From NCBI GenBank assembly GCA_963741205.1, contig CAVUHW010000043.1:1-64000 (forward strand): DNA of 64,000 nt, read 5' to 3'. The position numbers and the translations under genes are program-made. Below are positions 9,612 to 19,551 of this stretch, in pieces. The DNA comes from Nitrospirota bacterium (GTDB lineage Bacteria; Nitrospirota; UBA9217). The notes under the pieces are model-generated. The model saw only the letters and a program-made list of their open reading frames with translations, had not been told where the DNA came from and did not search any database. How positions within the stretch are numbered: position 1 is the first letter of the stretch; each line of letters starts with the position of its first letter.

Positions 9612-12383
9612 ATGATAAAAAGTGCTATCAAGGCGTATATGACTTGCGCATTGGTGCTGACCCTCGCGTTTTTTGGGTGCAGCAAATCGTCGAACACGAC
9701 AGCCTCGGGAACGATTGACGGGGCCGCGCTCTATAGCAGCGATTGCAGCGGATGTCATGGCTCCCTTGCCACGAGCGGCAAGAAAGGGGCATCGATATCC
9801 CAGATCCAAAATGCGATTGCACACAACATGGGCGGCATGGGGGCCTATGGGAGCCTCACTGCCGAGCAACTCCAGGCAATTGCGGCCGCCTTGACGGCAG
9901 TAGGGACGACAAATCCCACCACAACGAACGCGGTAGATACTCCCACCTCATCAACAGCCTCGCTCGACGGGGCCGCGCTCTATACGGACAACTGCGCTTC
10001 GTGCCACGGTCCGCTTGCCACAAGCGGCAAGGCCGGCGCAATGGCGTCCACTATCCAGGCGGCCATTGCAAACAACAAAGGCGGAATGAGCCAGTTCTCG
10101 AACCTAACGACAGCCCAGCTCCAGGCCATTGCGACAGCCTTAGCGACAACAGCTCGCCCGCGCCAACGCCCACGCCCACTCCAACACTGACCGACGGCGC
10201 TTCGCTTTACGCGACGTACTGTGCTTCATGCCACGGCGCCCTTGCCACAAGCAGCAAGAAGGGAAGGACTGCTGCCCAGATCCTGTCCGGCATCGGCAGT
10301 GTGAACGCCATGGGGTCTCTCTCCAACCTCACGATTGCTCAAATTCAGGCCATAGCAACAGCATTGGGATCGGCGCCTGCGCAGACTCCTACGCTACGCC
10401 CGCACCGACGCCTGCGCCCACGACAAATGACGGGGCTGCGCTCTATGCGGCCAACTGCAGTTCATGCCACGGCCCGCTTGCCACGAGCGGCAAGGCGGGA
10501 GCGACGGCTGTCTCAGATACAGAACGGTATTTCCAGAAACTACGGCGGCATGGGACAATTTTCAAACCTCACGACAACGCAGATCCAGGCCATTGCTTCT
10601 GCCTTAGCGACGCGCGACGCCAACTCCGACACCTGACACCTACGCCAACACCCACTCCGACTGACGGGGCGACGCTCTATGCGGCCAATTGCAGTTCATG
10701 CCATGGCGCATCTGGCGAGCAGCAGCAAGCGGGGAGCAACAGCTTCCCAGATCCAGACGGGCATCAGCAGCGTCGGCGCCATGAGCTCACTGTCGAATCT
10801 TTCGACAACGCAGATCGATGCCATCGCTTCAGCCTTAGCGACACCGGCCCCGTCGACACCTACGCCGACACCGACACCCACGCCAACTCCAACCGACGGG
10901 GCGACGCTCTACACGACGTATTGCAGTTCATGCCACGGCGCATTGGCGAGCAGCAGCAAGGCTGGGTGCAACGGCTTCCCAGATCCAGACCGGCATCAGC
11001 AGCGTCGGCGCCATGAGCTCGCTTTCGAATCTTTCGACAACGCAGGTTCAGGCCATCGCTTATGTATTAGCAACAACACCGGCACCCGCGCCAACACCGA
11101 CACCAACGCCTGCGCCTACTGACGGGGCTGCGCTTTACACCACGTACTGCAGTTCGTGTCATGGAACGCTGGCCGCAAGCGCCAAGGCAGGAAGGACGGC
11201 CACTCAGATCCAGACAGCCATTGGAAGCGTAGGCAGCATGAGTTCTCTGTCTAGCCTCACGACAACGCAGGTCCAGGCCATCGCTACTGCGCTGGCAACG
11301 GCGCCGACTCCTGCGCCGACCGACGGCGCAGCGCTCTACACGAGCTACTGCAGCTCGTGCCACGGTGCACTTGCGAGCAGCAGCGTACGGGGGTCATCGG
11401 CCTCCACGATCAGCTCCGCCCTCTCGAGCGTGAGTCAGATGAGATCCATCTCCCTCACGTCTACGCAGATCCAGGCGATATCGACTGCCCTGGGGACGAC
11501 AGGCAACGCCGACGCCGACACCAACACCTGCGCCGACTGACGGGGCTGCGCTTTACACCACGTACTGCAGTTCGTGTCATGGAACGCTGGCCGCAAGCGC
11601 CAAGGCAGGAAGAACGGCCACCCAGATCCAGGCGGCCATCGGCAGCGTGAGCGGCATGAGCTCTCTCTCAAATCTCACGGCAGCGCAGGTCCAGGCCATC
11701 GCCACTGCGCTGGCAACGGCGCCGACTCCTGCGCCGACCGACGGTGCAGCGCTGTACACGAGCTACTGCAGCTCGTGCCATGGGGCGCTCGCTTCAGCAG
11801 CGTTCGCGGATCATCGGCCTCCACGATCAGCTCCGCCCTCTCGAGCGTGAGTCAGATGAGATCTATCTCACTCACGACCACACAGATCCAGGCGATAGCG
11901 ACTGCCTTGGGGACCACACCGACGCCTTCACCGACGCCGACACCCACACCCACACCGACCACGACGGACGGCGCAACACTCTACGTCAATGATTGTGCTG
12001 GATGCCACGGACCGCTTGCGACGAGCACTAAGAGGGGGGCGACGGCTACCATGATCCAGACGGGCATTTCAAATAACTCAGGCGGCATGGGACAGTTCTC
12101 AAACCTCACGACCACGCAGATCCAGTCTATAGCAGCGGCTCTGTCATCAACCGGCACGACGACCACACCGGTGCCGACTGACGGTCCGACGCTCTATGCC
12201 AATTACTGCAGTTCGTGCCACGGCGCTCTTGCAAGCAGCAGCGTAAGGGGAGCATCCGCATCTACGATCCGGTCCGCCATCTCAAGCGTCAGCCGAATGA
12301 ATTCATTGTCGAGCCTTACGTCGACGCAGATTCAGGCGATTTCGAACGCTTTGGCTACGGTATCCGGGGGTGGCGGCAACTAA
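9612..12383 (+). CDS. PgcA-like lipoprotein cytochrome c with 12 monoheme modules and Pro-Thr linkers (frameshifted)
   Basis: Lipobox-like LAFFG-C. Twelve DG.xLY...CxxCHG modules, each with a later Met, separated by PT-rich linkers. Confidence 0.85.
11101..11940 (+). repeat. Tandem duplication of about 420 bp covering two heme modules
   Basis: 11101-11518 and 11519-11940 are nearly identical with scattered substitutions. Confidence 0.8.
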
Positions 12384-12435
12384 GAGAGGACCTGACACTC
12401 GTCAGAGTCGCTCACCCAACTCATACATAAAACAG

Positions 12436-12466
12436 AAGGGGACCTGATTTTCAGGTCCCCTTTTTA
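12436..12466. terminator. Terminator between convergent genes, probably bidirectional
   Basis: AAGGGGACCTGA/TCAGGTCCCCTT stem with a T-run. Confidence 0.8.
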
Positions 12467-12494
12467 TTACGCTTTCGGTCTACACGATCTGCCG

Positions 12495-13202
12495 CTAGTC
12501 AGTCTTTTTCTTCTCCCCGACCTTGATAAGCTCGACTTCGAAGATAAGGGTGGACATCTGGGGAATCCCAGGTGCGGGGCGCTCTGCGTAGGCAAGGTTT
12601 GCCGGGATGAACAGCTGCCACTTCGCCCCTTCCTTCATTAGTTTTAGCGCTTCGGTCCAGCCTTTGATGACCGCATTCACCGCGAAAGAAGCGGGCTCCC
12701 CGCGCTTGTACGAGCTGTCGAACTCGGTCCCGTCAATAAGCGTTCCACGGTAATTGACCGTTACCGTATCAGTGTCTTTGGGAGACTTGCCTTTTCCTTC
12801 TTTAATGACCTTGTATTGCAGGCCACTCGGCAGGGTCTTTACACCTGCCTTTTTCTTGTTCTGAGCGAGGAATTCCTCGCCGTCTTTTTTGGTTTTTTCT
12901 ATCTTCTCCATTGCTTTTTCCTGCATCCTGGACTTAACGTCTTCCTGCGTCTTCGCTATGATTGAAGCCATCTCCTGTTCCGTAAGAAGCTCCTTTTTGC
13001 CGGAGAACGCGTCCTTCAATCCTTTTATATACATGTCTATATCCAAGTCGACTTCATATTGTTTCAGATTATGGGCCATGGACGCACCGAGTGCATAACT
13101 GAGCTTGTCCTTATCGGTTTTTAGTTCGTTTTTTTCCTGGCCAAAGACCGGGCCTGCCGCAAAAACAATGCACCACATAATGATGAAGAAACGTTTGTTC
13201 AT
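12495..13202 (-). CDS. FKBP-type peptidyl-prolyl isomerase (Mip/FkpA family)
   Basis: DKLSYALG, SGLQYKV, YRGTLIDGTEFDSS and VIKGWTEAL. Confidence 0.95.
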   Translation of the reverse strand: MNKRFFIIMWCIVFAAGPVFGQEKNELKTDKDKLSYALGASMAHNLKQYEVDLDIDMYIKGLKDAFSGKKELLTEQEMASIIAKTQEDVKSRMQEKAMEKIEKTKKDGEEFLAQNKKKAGVKTLPSGLQYKVIKEGKGKSPKDTDTVTVNYRGTLIDGTEFDSSYKRGEPASFAVNAVIKGWTEALKLMKEGAKWQLFIPANLAYAERPAPGIPQMSTLIFEVELIKVGEKKKTD

Positions 13203-13442
13203 ACTGTCTAGTCTCCTTTTATTTCTCCGATAGCCGGAATTGTTTAATGATTATACCAGGTCAACGGTTGTTAGATTATCAACAATCATACAACTTGTCA
13301 ACTATCCGGCCGTGAGATAATATTATGCCTTCAAAGGTGTTGTATGCACACAGGCTGCAAAATGAGAGTATAATAGATGAAGTGCAAGATGTCATTCATG
13401 GTCATGACCTTGCGCAATAAATAATTTCCACCATAAATTAAA

Positions 13443-13460
13443 ATAGGTATTTCTGCCTAT
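13443..13460. promoter_or_regulatory. 7-4-7 palindromic operator
   Basis: ATAGGTA-TTTC-TGCCTAT. Confidence 0.6.
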
Positions 13461-13561
13461 GTATTTTTCGCTCCGGTTTGATAGAATTTGTTCAGCCCCA
13501 AGGGAAAAAGAAAACCGTTCAGCTTTGAAACATTCCCGTGTGAGTAAACACGATCAAAAAA

Positions 13562-13605
13562 GTGCAAAAAGAGCGCCTGTCCAATTTAGGCCACTTAAAA
13601 TGAGC
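13562..13605. promoter_or_regulatory. Triplet of 13-bp putative enhancer (bEBP) sites
   Basis: GTGCAAAAAGAGC, GTCCAATTTAGGC and ACTTAAAATGAGC, with the same layout upstream of paralogs 2 and 3. Confidence 0.5.
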
Positions 13606-13681
13606 CATAACACTTGCTAGTGCCCTCACTAATACTTAAATTGTGCTTTATTATTAGTAACATCTGTATTTCATTCGTTGA

Positions 13682-13697
13682 TGGCACCGCTCTTGCT
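13682..13697 (+). promoter_or_regulatory. Sigma54 promoter (-24/-12)
   Basis: TGGCAC-CGCTC-TTGCT. Confidence 0.75.
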
Positions 13698-13813
13698 ACT
13701 TAGACCGTTACATTACTAGCGAAAGTTCCCGCGACGATTATGCTATGATTAAAAAGTTTTGTAGCCATGTATAAATATAAATTGACCGATCCAATAAGAG
13801 GAGGAACGCGAAC

Positions 13814-16237
13814 ATGAAAGCAAGATATGTATTGAAACGTTTGGGTGTAATCACTGTTATGATTTGCTTTATGCTTGTTATGGGAACTGCGGCTCACGCG
13901 GCTTTAGCGCCAGCGCCAGGAGGCTTTGGGTTCCCGGCCCCGGGCACTCAGGGGTATGCCGACATTCTATCAGGACACAAACGGAGTTGCACTCGGGCCA
14001 TGCTGGGATTATAACGGCTTCTGTTCGCTCCTTCCGCCGTTTTGCCCTCCGACGTTAGGACTTGGGTGCATCGGAACGCCTATTAACCTGGATCCGGCCG
14101 TACCGATCAGCCCCACCAATTTCCCTATTGAGACTTTCTATTTTGACGCTACGACCGTCGCTAACTTCGGCGCGAATCTCAAGGCCAAGCTTACCCAGGT
14201 TATAGCCTTGGAAGGGTCTTTTGGCACCCTGCCCCCGGTAGTGGCGCCCGGCGGGCAGATCACATTCCTCAGAGTCAACACGAGAGTTGTTGCCGCTGCT
14301 GGAGAGCTCGTGCCGAACTCGCACCTATACGATCATCGAACCTTACGGCACCTATACCTTTAGCACGGATGCGGCCGGCGTTCCCCTTAAAGTCGGCGGC
14401 GCCGGGGTGAACCGTTTTCTGGACGGATGCGCAGGCGCACCGTGCGATTTCGCCATGCTCCTCCCGGCAGTCAGACGGGCGTCGGGCCATGGTTAACAGA
14501 TACGGCTGGTTTTCATACTGATCCGGCAACCGGCAATAAATATATCGGCGCGGGACCACTAGCAGCCACTACCGTGACCGGGAGTCCGGCGGGGCAAAAT
14601 TTTGTCAGTGTTACCGGACCATGCGCCAATGGCGGGGGTGCCGCATGTCTGGCAGCCCCGGTCACATCGACATTCACGGACCCTTTCTTCTTCCTGAGTG
14701 GAAAAGTGGTCGGGATCCTGGCTTCGCCGAATCCGCTTGTCTTCCCCACCCAGATGGCGGGCGTTGTTTCCGCACCGGTAACCGTTACCATTACGAATCC
14801 TGACACCATCAACACCGCTTTGCTCGGGCCCGCCAAGGTCACGGGACTCAACATTCCCGATTTTGCCATTCCAGCTGCAACCGATCCTTGTTCAAACGCA
14901 ACACTTGCCACGGCAGGGGGAACATGCACCTTCGCGGTGACATTCTCCGAACCTACCGCCACTGCGGTGAACGGAACAAAGTCAGCGCTCGTGAGCTTCC
15001 CGGTCATGACGCCCTTGGGCAAGTCTGCCCGTGGTAATCAACCTGAGCGGCGCGATCGACAACATACCGCCAACAGTGATCTCCACGGTACCCGCGAACA
15101 ATGCCATAAACTTCCCAGCCAATAGCGCGATTGGTCGCCACGTTCAGCGAGCCGGTGACCAACGTCACGTTGACCAGCTTCTTCGTGACTGCAGGTACAG
15201 GTACAGCGGTCTTCCCGTTACGGCTACAGTAGCCCTAGATGCCGCGAATAAGAACTTCACGCTGACCCCCTCTGCTGCCCTGACCCCCAATACAACTTAC
15301 ACAGCAGCGATTGTCGGGGGAACGGGAGCCGTAACGGACATCGCGGGCAATCCCATGGCGGCGAGACTTCATCTTCAGTTTCACAACAACGGAGAGCGTA
15401 ACAGGATCCCGCCGGCGGTGATTTCAACGAATCCCGTGACAGCATCGACGGGGTTCAAGGTATCCGATCCTATTACCGTAACGTTCAATGAAGCAATTCA
15501 GGTGAACCCCCTTACCATGACCGCAACAACGTTTTTCCTGAGCGAAGGGGTCACGGGCACCGTGACGTATGATCCGGCAACCAGGACGGCCACGTTCAAG
15601 CCTGACTAAGCCCCTGCAGTTCTTCCACAAGTACACCGTGACGCTCGCCACGGGAATCAAGAGCCTCGGCGAGATCCCCATGGCCGCCAATTTTACCTGG
15701 TCGTTCCTCACCAATGGGGCGCCGAACGCACCGATACTCTATCTGCCGGCGGAGGCTGCAACAGGGGTCAGCATTGCCCGTGGATTTCCAGTGGGTAAAG
15801 TCCAAGGACATTGATGGTGAAGATGTGACCTATCATCTGTGGTATTGCACGAACCCGGGCTTCCTCGGCTGCACCCCGGTGGATGTCACGGATTCCACTA
15901 CGACAACCGCTTCGTCCGGTTCTTCCCTGCATAACACCCTTGCCGGGCTCGGCGGGTACGGCGCCGGGATGCTCCTGGCAGGAATCGCTATCGTGGGAGG
16001 CGTGAGGTCCCGGAGGAAGATATTCTTCTTCATCGCGGTACTGGCGATCTCCGGGATGGTGGCCACGGCGTGCAGCAAGACCGAGACCGTTAGCACGCCT
16101 CTCCCGACCCGGCCACGATCGTGCATAGTCCAGTTTCGGACTTTAAAGCCCAAACGACGTATTACTGGAAAGTCGTTGCTGATGACGGCAACGGCGCGCG
16201 CATAGAAAGCGAAACCAGGACATTCTCCACCCTATAG
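13814..16237 (+). CDS. Large secreted Ig-like surface protein, paralog 1, with a split-FN3/internal-lipobox C-terminus (frameshifted)
   Basis: Signal AHA-A, YQDTNG..GPCWD..NFP.ETFYF head, Cys-bridged Ig domain, two SbsA/Big_5-like repeats, ends YYWKVVADDGNG..ESETRTFSTL. Confidence 0.8.
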
Positions 16238-16252
16238 CAGTGTCAATGATAA

Positions 16253-16296
16253 ACGATGCAGGCGGGGTACCAACCCGCCTGCATCGTCATTTTCTT
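16253..16296 (+). terminator. Terminator
   Basis: ACGATGCAGGCGGG/CCCGCCTGCATCGT stem with a T-rich tail. A homologue follows paralog 2. Confidence 0.75.
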
Positions 16297-16419
16297 ATTT
16301 CTTTCCCATCCGACCAGACAGTCTTCCAAACCCATACCCCCTAGCATTGCAATAACAAAGCATGAGATACTCGCATGAACCATAAGTCATATGAGGTGAA
16401 AAATACCCGTTAACCTTAG

Positions 16420-16556
16420 CCGCAAAATGGACACGCAATAGCAATATAGACGGCTCAAAATGAATAAATTTTCAAAAACAATCATGAACTACACCTAAGT
16501 TCTCCTATTATTTTAGTGGACATAGGTATATTTGCCTATCTGGCATTAGTTTTGCT
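16420..16556 (+). promoter_or_regulatory. Enhancer triplet, 7-4-7 operator and sigma54 promoter
   Basis: 13-mers at 16420, 16439 and 16453. ATAGGTATATTTGCCTAT at 16522-16539. TGGCAT-TAGTT-TTGCT at 16541-16556. Confidence 0.7.
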
Positions 16557-16741
16557 TTTATATTTCTGGAGATTATATCAAAGGCTGTCCAATTCAAATA
16601 TATCTAACGATAGAAGCTTCACGAAATCTAATCAAAGCATTAGTATCTAAATATATAGGACAGCAAGTAGACTGGATGTTTGGTATAATCGGTCACATGA
16701 GTTTCGCTTCATGACAAATATAAATGTGGAGGAGCATTACC

Positions 16742-19110
16742 ATGAAAAAGAATCTAAATATGCGCTGGATTGTTGTGGTAGTATTTGCATTCAGCATTCT
16801 CCTGGCTGGTACCACAGCCCAAGCCGCTTTGGCCCCGGGGGGGGTAGGCCCTACACTCCCGCTGCCGACGCAGTATCCGACATGGTATCAGGATACCAAC
16901 GGTCTCTCACTCGGGCCATGCTGGGATTACAACGGCTTCTGCTCGCTCCTGCCGCCGTTCTGTCCCCCGTCGCTGGGCTTGGGGTGCCTCGGTACACCTA
17001 TCAATTTCGATCCGGCGATAACGATCAACTCAACGAATTTCCCTGTAGAGACATTCTATTTTGACGCTACTACCATAATGAATATAGGCTCGGCGGTCCC
17101 TCCCGCAAAGCCGGGAAAGTTTGTCCAGGTCATAGCGCTGGAAGGGTCTTTCGGGGGTTTGCCCGCGGTGCCGGCGCCCAATACTCAGACCACATTCTTA
17201 AGAATTAATGCTAGAGCTACAGGCACGCTTGCGCCTAACGCCACGTTTACGGTCGTTCATCCCTTCGGCACCTATACGTTCACAACCGACGCGGCTGGAA
17301 CTCCCATCAAAGTGGGCGGAGCCGGAGTGTTCCGCGTAGTTGACGGCGGCGCGGTACGGCGATTTTTGACACACTTCTCCCTGCTCCGACGACAAACATC
17401 GGGCCTTGGTTGGTAGATGCTGCCGGTTTCCATACCGATCCGGTAACCGGCAACGTTTACATCGGCCCCGGTCCGCTCGCGGCGGTCCCTGTGGTTAACG
17501 GCCCTTTTGGGAATGTTGTTACCATTACCGGCCCGAATATCGGCGGAGTGGGCGTCGCCTCGGTCACCTCGAATGTCTTCTTTCTCTCGGGCAAAGTGGT
17601 TGGAGTTATTGCCGTCGATCCGGCGGGTGTTCCGCTCTCATCGGTCACCTTTCCCGTCCAGAGGCCGCTGGTTACGTCCGCTACGACGACTGTTACTCTG
17701 ACAAACCCGGACAAAGTCAGTGCGGCTACGCTTGGGGCTTTCACGATTACCGGCGCTAACATACCTGACTTTACTATTGTGGGTAATACCTGCACAGCCG
17801 GAGTAACGCTTGCCGCAAACGGCGGGACCTGCAGCTTCGGGGTGATCTTTTCCGAGACGGCACCGATACTGAACGGCCCCAAGTCCGCGGCAGTTACCTT
17901 TCCAAATACCGCGCCGGCTAACAGGCCGCCTACGGTCGTTAACCTGATCGGGGCGATCGACAACATACCGCCGACCGTAGCTGCAACGTTACCCGCGAAC
18001 AATGCCATCAACGTGCCCGCCAACAACGCGTTTACGGCCACGTTCAGCGAGCCGGTTACGGGCGTCTCGAATACGACCTTTACGCTTGCCGGCCCCGCGG
18101 GCGCTGTGACAGGGGCAGTGGTCATGGATCCGGCAAATAAAGTAGCTACGTTCACGCCGGATCGCGGACCTCCAGTCCGACCAGACCTATACCGCCACGA
18201 TCTCTGCGGCGAGTCACGGACCTCGTCGGCAATGCAATGTTGAAGGACTTTATCTTCAGTTTCACGACCACGAACCCCGACACGACACCGCCCGCCGTCG
18301 TTTCCACCGATCCCGCCGACAGTTCTACGGGAGCGAAGGCGACGGATCCAATTACCGTCACGTTTAACGAAGCGGTACAGATCAATCCTCTTTCCATCAA
18401 CGCAACGACGTTCTATCTGGACAGCGGAGTTACGGGCAGTGTGACCTGGGACCCGGCTAACCAGGACGGCCTCGTTTACACCTTTCAAGGCCCTGGATTT
18501 CTTCCACAAGTACACCGCAACGGTCACCACGGGCGTCAAGAGCCTCGGCGGGGTCCCCATGGCTGCCGATTTTACCTGTTCGTTCCTTACCAATGGGGCG
18601 CCGAGCGCACCGGATCTCTTTCAGCCGGAGGACGGTGCGACAGGGGTCGCCTTACCCGTGCAATTCCAGTGGGTAAAGTCCAAGGACCTGATGGTGAACC
18701 AGTTACCTATCATCTGTGGTATTGCACGAACCCGGGCTTCCTCGGTTGCACGCCGAAGGATGTTACGGAGACGGGTGCACTAGCAGCGAGTTCTTCCCTT
18801 CGCAGCACTCTTGCAGGACTCGGCGAGCTACGGCGCGGGCTTGCTCCTCGCTGGGTTTGCGATTGCGGGAGGTGTGAGGTCCCGGAGGAAGATATTCTTC
18901 TTCATCGCGGTAGTGGTGATTTCCGGGATGGTGGCAACTGCATGCGGCAGTAAGAACACCGTTTCCTCATCAACACCTGATCCTGCCTCGCTCGTGACGT
19001 ATTCCGCTTCGGACCTTAAGTCCGGATCGACGTATTACTGGAAAGTCGTCGCTGACGACGGCAACGGTGCGCTCATAGAAAGCGAGACCAGGTCTTTCTC
19101 CACCCTCTAG
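16742..19110 (+). CDS. Large secreted Ig-like surface protein, paralog 2 (frameshifted)
   Basis: GGAGGAG RBS, signal AQA-A, same domain order and C-terminal module as paralog 1. Confidence 0.8.
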
Positions 19111-19126
19111 GCATGTCGAAGATTAG

Positions 19127-19168
19127 CGATGCAGGCGGGCTTATGCTCCGCCTGCATCGTCCTTTCTT
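19127..19168 (+). terminator. Terminator
   Basis: CGATGCAGGCGG/CCGCCTGCATCG stem with a T-rich tail. Confidence 0.7.
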
Positions 19169-19331
19169 AAATTGTTACTGTCTTAATATTACTCAGATTA
19201 AAATGTTTTGTCATCCTAATCAAGGATATGTGGTCTGGGGCAACATGGCTGCCTTGATCTATTACAACCAGGAGTAAAGATTTTCCTCGATTCCATGTCG
19301 AATGCCGTTGGAAGGGTGAAGGAAATCCTCA

Positions 19332-19465
19332 ACTCAAAATTAACATTCCGCTCAATTTAGGCGGTTCAAATTGAACATTTATAAAAAAAGCCATTAAACG
19401 ATTCCTAAGTCTCCTAATTATTTTAAAGACATAGGTATTTTTACCTATCTGGCATTAGTTTTGCT
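19332..19465 (+). promoter_or_regulatory. Enhancer triplet, 7-4-7 operator and sigma54 promoter
   Basis: 13-mers at 19332, 19350 and 19364. Perfect ATAGGTA-TTTT-TACCTAT at 19431-19448. TGGCAT-TAGTT-TTGCT at 19450-19465. Confidence 0.72.
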
Positions 19466-19551
19466 CTCAATATGTGTATAAGTTTCCAGTATGTGGTTAC
19501 TAAGCAACATCTTTTCATAAAAACGGGACAGTCACTGATGGGATGGTGAAG

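Noticed and set aside
9700-12380. Repeats in the cytochrome gene as a CRISPR array or DGR
   Set aside because: They are coding modules of about 200-230 bp with no fixed repeat-spacer pattern, no cas or reverse transcriptase gene, and no adenine-specific variation.
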